64,000 nucleotides of DNA. It comes from Octopus vulgaris (Eukaryota). The position numbers and the translations under genes are program-made. Below, in pieces: positions 54,586 through 64,000 of this stretch; position 1 is the stretch's first letter, and each line of letters starts with the position of its first letter. The notes under the pieces were generated by a model. That model saw only the letters and a program-made list of their open reading frames with translations, was not told the DNA's origin and made no database searches. Location: assembly GCA_951406725.2 (NCBI GenBank), contig OX597825.1, positions 31,062,001 through 31,126,000 of the forward strand. Reading direction: 5' to 3'.

Positions 54586-55094
54586 GGTTATCACCGTTGG
54601 AGGGGAGGGCAGCAAAGGTGGACCTCCTGAAGCTCATAAGCCACTCGTAATGAGTTTTACTGATAAAGGAGCCCTACCATGGAGAGCAAAGCAAAGTAGG
54701 AGCCATAAGAAGTCCAAAGGCAGTACCTGTTTGTCTACATTTGCCATCAAAATCTTATTGGCAACTTTCCTTCTCATTTCTCAATAATTGCTATTTATCC
54801 CTTGGTCAAACTATCCTAGCCAAACACACCAATGATCAGAGCATTCTCCAATCTTGACCATACTTATTTTGTCTTATTTGGTTTGGTTTGTGACATTGTT
54901 TATCAAGGACTACATTATCTAATGTGTTTACTTTAATTCTTTTGTTACCATATTTTTATTGAAATACCTTGTCATTTGTTTCAGTTCGTTTTGAAAGGTA
55001 CTTTATTAAATAATGTAAAAATAACTTCTTCCATTATTTAATAAAATGATTAAAAATTTAAATAAATAAATAAATTTTTTTTAAAAAAAGCACG

Positions 55095-55770
55095 ACTTTT
55101 TCGTGGCTGTTGCCAGTACTGCTTGACTGTCCCTCGTGCCAGTGGCACTTAAAAGCACCCACTACTCTCTCAGAGTGGTTGGCGTTAGGAAGGGCATCCA
55201 ACTGTAGAAACCCTGCCAGATCAAGATTGGAGTCTGGTGCAGCTATCTGGTTTGCCAGTCCTCAGTCAAATTGTCCAACCCATGCTAGCATGGAAAGCAG
55301 ACGTTAAACGATGATGATGAAGATGATGATGATTTTGTCATTATTAATTTGTTTGGGAGAGAATTCAGAATGAAATGATGTTGAAAGCTTTTATCATTGG
55401 ATGCTGGGCCTCACTGAGGAAATGACAAGGGACCAAGAGATTTGATGATTTGCTGTACTTCCACACATACAGGCTTGTTCTGTCAAGTGCTGGTGCCACT
55501 TGAGAAGCACCCATGCCAGTGCTGCATTAATGCATCCATGCCCATGGCATGTAAAATGCACCCATCACACCCTATGAAGTTGTTGGCATTAGGAAGGGCA
55601 TTCAACTGTAGAAACAATGCCAGATTATTGGAGTCTGGACAGCTCCCTGGAAGCCAGCTCCATGTCAAACTGTCCAACCCATGCCAGCATGGAAAGTGGA
55701 CATTAAACAAAGACAATAATGATGATGATGGTGGTGGTGGTGGTGGTGGTTGATGATGATGATGATGATC
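55095..55770 (+). mobile_element. Two RTE 3' UTR fragments (about 55095-55332 and 55400-55770)
   Basis: ggcgttaggaagggcatcca.ctgtagaaac...ccaacccatgc.agcatggaaag-(GAT)n occurs twice. Confidence 0.8.
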
Positions 55771-56324
55771 CCTCTATAGCAGGAAGTTGGTACCATAGAA
55801 CCAGGTGTGGTCTTAGGTGGGTCACCATCAAAAGACTTGGGTATAATAGGGTATAATCATAATCTGAGAAAGATTTAGCTGCTACTTCTAGCAGGTCCAG
55901 TTACTGTCTAGACACTCACATTTTCGCTTGATTTCTTTACAGACTATAAGCATGAGCTGATATTGTTATTGCTGTTGTTTAGCCCCAACTGGTCCCCAAT
56001 ATATTACTGAGACATAATATATTTAGGACCACATTATTCAATGAGGCCTTCCCGTCCTTCCTTTTTTTTTTGTCTTGATGAAGGAGATTTGGCTGATATT
56101 TCTAGCAGGTAGAGTAACTATAGAGTAACTCCCTTGTTGAATCATCATTTCATGTCTGCTTACCATGCTGCATTGAGTAGGATGGTCTTGACAAGGAAGA
56201 GCCAAGACACAGGGCTGTGCCAAGCTCCAATGCCATCTTTGGCATGGTTACTATCATTGGCTGTCCTTCCTAATGCACACCACTTTACAGAGTGTACTGG
56301 ATGCATTTTTTTCATGTCACCAGC

Positions 56325-56624
56325 TGTGGAGGCACATGGCCTAGTAGCTAGAGCAGCGGACTCGTGGTCGAGGGATCGCAGGTTCGAATCTCAGACTGGA
56401 CGATGTGTGTGTTTATGAGAGGAAACACCTAAGCTCCACGCAGCTCCGGCAGAATGTAATGGCAAACTTCTGCTGACTCTTTCGCCACAACTTTCTCTCA
56501 CTCTTTCCTCCTGCATCTTGCAGCTCACCTGCAACGGACCGGCGTCCCATCCAAGTGGGGAATCTATACACCAAGGAAGCCGGGAAACCGGCCTTTATGG
56601 GCCAGGCATGGCTCGAGAAGGAAC
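56325..56624 (+). mobile_element. SINE family D (tRNA-derived), full length, with 12-bp TSD, nested in an RTE-tail fragment
   Basis: tgtggaggcacatggcctagt...ggttcgaatc (A/B boxes); catgtcaccagc at 56313-56324 and 56624-56635. Confidence 0.9.
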
Positions 56625-58323
56625 ATGTCACCAGCTCCACTGAGGTTGGCATGTAATTTGCCAGAGAGAAAAGAACAGCAAAGGAAGTGGAAGAAAGGGA
56701 AGAAAAAGTTTTCATTACTACGAAAATGTATTGGGGGCGGAGGAAAGGTGGAGGTGAGTGGCTATATGACTTGAAGGGCTAAAGAGGGACAAGCATAGGT
56801 GTCTTGCTACAGAGGAGATACCTGGCTGAAGGAGATAAAAGGAAAGTAGTGATGGAATGTGAGAGCAAGCTCTCTCTTGATTGAGCTGCTACTTTTGTTA
56901 AGATGTTCCAAAGTTTTTCTGTTTCCTGGATGGTAGAGAGTAATTTGTGCAAGATGTAGTTGCTATTTCTAACATGTTGTTAGAACCTGGCAGCCATGCA
57001 GAGGCCGCTGCATAGGCTCAAATGATACCAGTATTATACTGAGGTATGTGCAGATGGATGTAAAAGTGGAAATGTTACAGGAAACGGCCAAAAAGTTAGT
57101 AGTGCCATATTCCATTAATGGCAATGAGTTGTTTGCTGCTGCTGCTGCTGTTGTTGTTGTTGTTAAGCAACAAGACGGGTAAGGGTGATTAGGTGATGTC
57201 TAGGGCTTAGAGGCGGGAGACCCCAGACCTTGGAGAAAATAAAAAAACTTTGGTCATCTTGTTGTGGTCAAGGGCTCTTCGTTGACGCCCGCACCACTGG
57301 GAGGTGGCACTCAGAAGTCGCTGGAAATGAAGATCTCCAGGTCCAAATTCTTGGACGGCAACTGCTGCTGCTGCTGTTGATGTTGTTGTTGGTGTTGTTG
57401 TTGTTGTGGTGGTGGTGGTGGTGGTGATGGTGACGACAGCAGTATCAAAAGGAGTTACTTTGTTTTGATAGAAACCCATCTGAGACTGCTCCTGGTTCTA
57501 TGATGCAAACTTCCTAAATTAAAATCATCCATCAGAATTTCGTGTTATATTCCTGATGCCACATTAATAACGACAAAGTTATTTTCACTAAATCCATCAT
57601 TATTTACCAAATTCTTCTTTTTAACGACGGCAATGTATTTCAATAGAAATCCAAACCAAACTTTGAGGGGAAAAGTGTTGCGGATGTGTCTCCTTCTAAA
57701 ATTCTGTTCTATTCTGTTTTTTGCTGTTTTTTATATTTTTTATGGTATTATTTTGTGCTCATGGATTTGAAATTCTGTAGCATAAAATTACTCACTCCAT
57801 AACAATATTGTCTTTATTTATTGCACAAAGTGTTAAAAATAAATTATAAAACTTACATGTTTATGAGAATATATTAAAGTTGGAAATATGAAGATTTTAC
57901 CATTCATTTTAGACAGAACAGGAAAGTTGGTGAAATAAAGTTTACCTAGATATATATCATTATTTAGTCATATATTCTCCATTACATTTAGATACAGACA
58001 GAAAAATGTTTTTAGACCGTTAATCTACATTTTATATGTATTTCTTTTTTGCCATAAAATATTGAATTTTAAATTGTTAAGTTTCAGATTATCATCAATT
58101 GCTATGCAGAACATTTTTTTTTTCCTATCAGTAACAAGTACCAGTAATATATTAAGCTAATGAGGTATTGAACATTAGCATGTGAAGGTGATGAAATGTT
58201 GCAATGACTACTATTCAGTTATTTATTCACTGGTTTCTGTTTTTCTGGTCATGCTGGAGCACAGCCTACAATGGTTTTGGCCAATCATATGGAATCTTTA
58301 TCGCCAATATGTATTCCAATTTG

Positions 58324-58354
<31 letters not shown>

Positions 58355-58799
58355 TATATATATATATATAGATATATATATATATTATTAAAAGGTATTC
58401 CAACTCTGACTGCTTTTTTATTTTTTATTTATATTCTTTCTAATATTAATGTAGAATATAGAATATATAGTATAGATAGTATATATAGTAAAGTGAAATG
58501 AAGTGTTGATTGTCTTATTGAATAGATGAAATATTGAATATCAAATATTAAGGGACTAGTATACTTTCTTGCATTTAAGCAGTCTTCAAGGTCCCAGGTT
58601 GTGACAGGAGTGTTTCAATATATATATGTATATATATCTTTGCTTGTAATTATTAAATTGTAAAATGTCTACCTATAAAAAGAGGATAACATAATCAACA
58701 CCAATTTTTAAACTAGTCTAAGCACAAACATGATACAGAGAAAAACATGCAAACATGTACACACACACACACACTCACATCATCATCATCACCATCATC

Positions 58800-59128
58800 A
58801 TGCTGGTGGCACTCAAAAAGCACCATTCGAGCACAGCCAATGCCAGTGCAGCCTGACTGTCACCCATGCCGGTGGCACGTAAAAAGCACCATTCGAGCAT
58901 GGCCAATGCCAGTGCTGCCTGACTGTTTCCTGTCCTGGTGGCATGTAAAAAGCACCCGCTACACTCTCAGAGTGGGTGGCAATAGGAAGGGCATCCAGCT
59001 TTAGAAACCTTGCCAAATCAGTTTGGAGCCTGGTACAGCCTCCTTGCTTGCCAGATCTCAATCAAACCACCAACTCATACCAGCATGGAAAGCAGACATT
59101 AAATGATGATGATGATGATGATGATGAT
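58800..59128 (+). mobile_element. RTE 3' UTR fragment with tandem ~62-bp units
   Basis: ggtggcac.taaaaagcaccattcgagca..gccaatgccagtgc.gcctgactg repeated, followed by the standard tail. Confidence 0.8.
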
Positions 59129-59283
59129 GTAATATATATATATAAGTTCAGCAAAAATTTAGATTCAGATGAATATGGTACTTAAGTTAAAGGCACCAGA
59201 ATTTGGTATGGTATTATCCATATAATTCAAAATGGGGTGATTACAATCAAACTAAGCAACAAGGATATCCTTGTTGCTTATTT

Positions 59284-59360
<77 letters not shown>

Positions 59361-59369
59361 GTATATAAT

Positions 59370-59688
59370 GCAGGCAAGGCTGTTTGGAAAGAAGTTTGCT
59401 TCTCAGCTGCATGGTCCCTAGTTCAGGCACACTGTGTGGCACTTTGGGTGTCTTCTACCCTGGGCCAACCAAAGCCTTGTTGGTGGATTTGTGGATTTGG
59501 TAGTGGGAAGCTGAAATACCTCTACAGGTGCAACGGGTGCTACATGACATGTCGAAATAATCGCAGAGCAACATGAAATGAAGAACTTTGCTCAAGAACA
59601 CAATGCAACACCTGATCTGGGAATCGAATCCACAATCTCACGATCGTGAGTGCAACACCCTAACCACTAAGCCATGTGCCTTCAGACA
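59370..59688. mobile_element. SINE A head (+) abutting a SINE D-related copy (-)
   Basis: ccaaccaaagcctt...ggatttggtag, then tgctcaagaacacaatgc...ccctaaccactaagccatgtgcct. Confidence 0.65.
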
Positions 59689-59728
59689 CATATATGTGCA
59701 AATACATATGTATACATATACATTTATG

Positions 59729-59828
<100 letters not shown>

Positions 59829-60409
59829 GGAATACTACATAGATTGTGTCTACCAAATCCCAATCTGAAGAAGATATTGGCTAATGTCAGTAACATTGTT
59901 AAAATATCTGTAACTAAAACAAATTTCAATTGGCCAAGTAGACATACTGAACATAAGAGCCCCACGTACATTTAACTTCAGAAGTTTGGTTGTCAGGTAC
60001 ACTTATCCACTCAACCATTTGTGGTATTGGTATTGTATTGCTTTTATTAAATATCATGATATTTCTTCTGTTATAATCTATATTCATTTTAGGTTAGAGG
60101 TCATTTGTGCATCAGAGATACACAAAAAAAATATGTCAATAAAAACATTATTTTCTACTTCTCACGTCTCGACAACATGACCACTTTATGTTTATATCTT
60201 TACGTGTATTACTTATATTATGTGATATATATTATATTATTGCATTTTATTATTATAAGTCTGATGGTACAACATATACACACACATACACACTCACACA
60301 CCAAAATATATAACTGTATGTGAATTTTTATACTCACACACATAAATGTATATGTTTGTAGGTCCATACATATTATTATACACACACATATGTATATACA
60401 TACACATAT

Positions 60410-60444
<35 letters not shown>

Positions 60445-60558
60445 CATGTACATGTCTATACATACATATATACACTACACAGACACAGACACACACATAT
60501 ACACCTATACACATATATATATATTTGTACATCTATATACATACATATGTATAATTAC

Positions 60559-60589
<31 letters not shown>

Positions 60590-60604
60590 TATATATATAT
60601 AGAC

Positions 60605-60747
<143 letters not shown>

Positions 60748-61290
60748 GTGTGTGTGTGTGTGTGTTTTCCTTTCTAATGTTATATTACAAGGACAGCCAG
60801 ACTTGCTTCACTGAAGAGCCACGTACGATAAAACTCTTAGATGTTTGAAAGCCAGAAGGCATGAATAAACTTTACACACCGTATTTAAATACTTTAATAA
60901 TATTTTTTCTCACCACAAACATCAAACTTATGTTTTAATGTTTTAAATAATTCTAAAACGAGACAGTTTTCTTTTTATTTTACATTTATTAGCTTTTATA
61001 CATTTTATTTCAATATTGAAATGCAAAAAGAAGTAGCTTAGCTAACATTTATCCGCAAACCACACAATAAATGTCAAAGATCTGCATGTAGCTTACAGGC
61101 TACACTTTAACCACCTTGATTTCAGCGTTTCGCTGTGTGGCACCTTGGACATGTGACTTCGACTGTAGCCTTGGGGTCAACTAATGCCTCCTGAGTGTAA
61201 GCCAGGAGATAGAAATTGTATGGAAACTCATTGCCTGTGTGCGTTTGGATATCTGTATATGTATGTATGTATGTATGTGTGTATATATAT

Positions 61291-61368
<78 letters not shown>
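61291..61368. repeat. (GATA)n microsatellite
   Basis: Directly visible. Confidence 0.95.
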
Positions 61369-61604
61369 GTACAGGGTAGCGAATATTCTTAGAAATTTCA
61401 CCATCAGTGGCCTAGCATGTATAAAAAGTCAATAGACAACATATTCTCAACATAAAATAGTGTACATATAAACACAAAAGAAAACTACCTTTAACAGGTC
61501 ATTTGTACATGCTAGAAGAAGTAGTCAAAACAACCAAAACCACATTTAAGAGCAATTTTCAAAGGGAATGAAAAATAAAAACTTTTACCTTGTTATTTTT
61601 TGCT

Positions 61605-61671
61605 GTTATACCTAGGTTTCAGATTTCTTTAGCAAAAAAAATAATTTACCAGACGAATCTTCATCAGTAAC
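61605..61671 (-). ncRNA. Type I hammerhead ribozyme motif with extended stem II
   Basis: GUUA CUGAUGA AGAUU...AAUCU GAAA C-CUAG-G UA UAAC; stem II is extended by UGGUAAA/UUUGCUA pairing; palindromic CCUAGG stem III. Confidence 0.75.
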
Positions 61672-63254
61672 CATGCCTTAACAACTAACATATAATTTAG
61701 AAACAAATAACACGTCTCATCATTATATATTATAATTTTAAAAAATTGACCGCACAAGCGTAGCCGACGGACACTGCACTTGCAGAGTGAATTTTGTATG
61801 TATGTATGCATGCATGCATGTAAGTTTGTATGAATTCATGCATGTATGTTTGTATATATGTATGTGTATATGTATGTATGCATGTATATCATTATTCAAT
61901 TTTATTTCAAGATTTATTGCCAATAGAGAAAGAGCCAGTTTCTAACCTGGATCCAAGTTTCCTGCATTGGAATTTCAACACCAGCAACGGGGTATGTATG
62001 TATGTATGTGTTTATGAATGTATGTGTTTATGTATGTATGTATGTATGTATGGATGTATGTATGTATGGATGTATGTATGTATGTGTTTATGTAGTGTCA
62101 GGCCTCTTGTGAGTAATACTTGGTAACATGGAATCCAATACAACCTGTTGCATGGTCAAGGTGTTGGTGACTAAACTGACCCTCTGACTAGCCTTGCCTG
62201 GTGATGAGGGTTGCCAGAAACCCAGCAGGACTAAAAACAACACTTGCCAATAGGACGGGTGAACCGAGCAAAGGGTCACATACACACAATCATACATATG
62301 TAATTATATATATGTGTATATGTGGGATGATTGTGTACACTTAAACTTCCTACACATACACACATATAAATACACACACAAACACACACATTAATAGCTG
62401 ACTGCAAAGTTGTACAGAGTACTTTTCCACTTGTCTGTATACACACACACACACACACACACACACAGATGCAAACACATATACAATCACACCAAGCATC
62501 CACACGCACACCAGGCATCCACATGCACACACACACACATACACACACACATATATATATACATACACACATGATGTATATGATTGCATACACCACCAAC
62601 ATAAACAACAACAACAACAACAAGAGAAAATGAATAATTATTCTATTATCTATTGATTTTAGGTGAAAATAATATATATTCTAAGACTGCCGTGATGATA
62701 ACAAGGGTTCTAGATTGGTGATGATAACGACTCTAAGAATGTCATCATCACCGTCATCATCATCATCATCCCCATCAGTGTTGTCATCGTCATGATCAGC
62801 ATTACCACACCACCACCACCACCACCACCATCATAATAATCAGTATCATGATCACCACCATCCTCATCACCATCATCAGTGTCATCATCAGCATCATCAC
62901 AATCACCACTATCATCATCATCATCATCATCATTGATGTTGTCAACGATGACTCTGAACCAAGAAGGGAACATTTTCATGATAAATGGACTTACTAGAGA
63001 TAGTAATCGGTTCTCCTTCAAATCATGCACAACCTTCATTCGAAAAAAAGAAAAGAAAAATAGAAAAAAAGAGGAAAAGACTGGTTTCAATGGGTAACGT
63101 AGTTCCTGTCATACAAACAGAAGAGCTGGTCATGGTTAGAACTCCTTTGATCATAGGTCTGCTGGGTCAAGACTCACAAGGAGCATTCCTATCTCCTGGT
63201 TCTCTCTTCACTTATGTATTTGGAGCAGACACTGACCTCCAGTATCTGTAGATA

Positions 63255-64000
63255 GGGTTTACATTAAAAAGGTTATGGACAGCCCAGGAAAAATAGAATC
63301 AGGGATCACATGAAAGTCATGTAAATAATGAAGAACAATTGATTATAACAACAAAATTTCCCAAGAGAGGGAGACCTCCTAGGACCACTCGTGGAAACCT
63401 CAGAAATCCACCACAGTCCTGACTGCTACGGCAAGCACACTCTCCATTTTCTCTACAGGTGCATGGTTAGAATAGGCCAATTCACTTGGGCCATTCTCGC
63501 AACATTTACCCACCTTTTAATAAAATTGCTGAGGAGCAGAACTTCCTTCACTCTCACTTTCCTTTTCAAGTGAAACTCGAAAAAGTTGATGAGATCTTGG
63601 TGAAAGAAGAAAGTGTCTGTCTTCAGCCCTTTCAGTTTGGTCCACCACATAACCTCTTTCAGTAAGGCTATCAGGCAAAGAAAAGCAGCCTAACCTTCCC
63701 AGCCAAAGGAAGGTGGCAGGACCATCTTCACAATGGACTCACTCAAAAGCTGGATATGTCCCACATGTAACAGCAGGTATTCAACATAAACCCACAAGTC
63801 AGAAATAGTCAGACACTGGACAGGAGCATGCAGAATGATTTCATCACTCTGCATGCATCTTGGGCAAGCAAAGTTGACTGCACTTCCATACCTGTAGAGT
63901 TTATCTCAAACCAGCAGTGCCCCACAGTAGCACTGCCAGGACGAGCTGAGAGTTCTTCAGAACAAACCAGCCGACTCATTCTTGTCAACACCCAGAATAC
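63255..64000 (-). mobile_element. L1/Tx1-clade LINE ORF2 C-terminus and 3' UTR (continues beyond the window)
   Basis: Minus-strand DKLYRYGSAVNFACPRCMQSDE.ILHA..QC..ISDLW (CCHC zf-RVT motif)...LKEVMWW...FIKRWV, with stops and frameshifts. Confidence 0.8.

Noticed and set aside
54018-54650. Longest ORF (210 aa), His/Ile-rich
   Set aside because: It starts in a SINE and runs through a (CAT)n field that is open in several frames.
56325-56400. tRNA gene
   Set aside because: The tRNA-like head continues into a ~300-bp body with TSDs and paralogs, so it is a SINE; the same applies to the family A and B heads.
62995-63033. 39-nt minus-strand micro-exon candidate (gaag|GTTGTG...TCTCTA|gtaagt; VVHDLKENRLLSL)
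   Set aside because: No similarity to the expected DPH5 exon, wrong phase to join the 6684 acceptor and a weak acceptor context; needs junction reads.

Overview
AT-rich, microsatellite-saturated animal genomic DNA. The SINE/RTE repertoire and extreme (TA)n/(CA)n/(TAA)n/(CAT)n load look like a coleoid cephalopod (Octopus-like); this is an inference, not a database result. The only host coding sequence I can support is one internal 107-nt exon of DPH5 (diphthine methyl ester synthase) on the minus strand (6578-6684), so the window is probably almost entirely intronic. The rest is mobile-element debris: three tRNA-type SINE families, RTE LINE pieces, two mariner remnants, a non-autonomous Helitron, piggyBac-type MITEs, an L1/Tx1 3' end and a nest of (TAA)n-associated R4/Dong-like RLE fragments. 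Almost all listed ORFs are microsatellite artefacts. Two signals go beyond ordinary annotation. (1) At least six minimal type-I hammerhead ribozyme motifs from several unrelated families, four arranged as two divergent inverted pairs (Penelope-like or retrozyme-like mini-elements). (2) A series of long hairpins and inverted repeats in the non-repetitive islands of the intron (11.2, 31.3, 33.0, 33.4, 34.1, 35.0, 39.4, 47.4, 49.3 kb), which are candidate ADAR or small-RNA substrates or decayed fold-back elements. Repeat boundaries are approximate (about +/-10-20 nt) unless a TSD or terminus is quoted.
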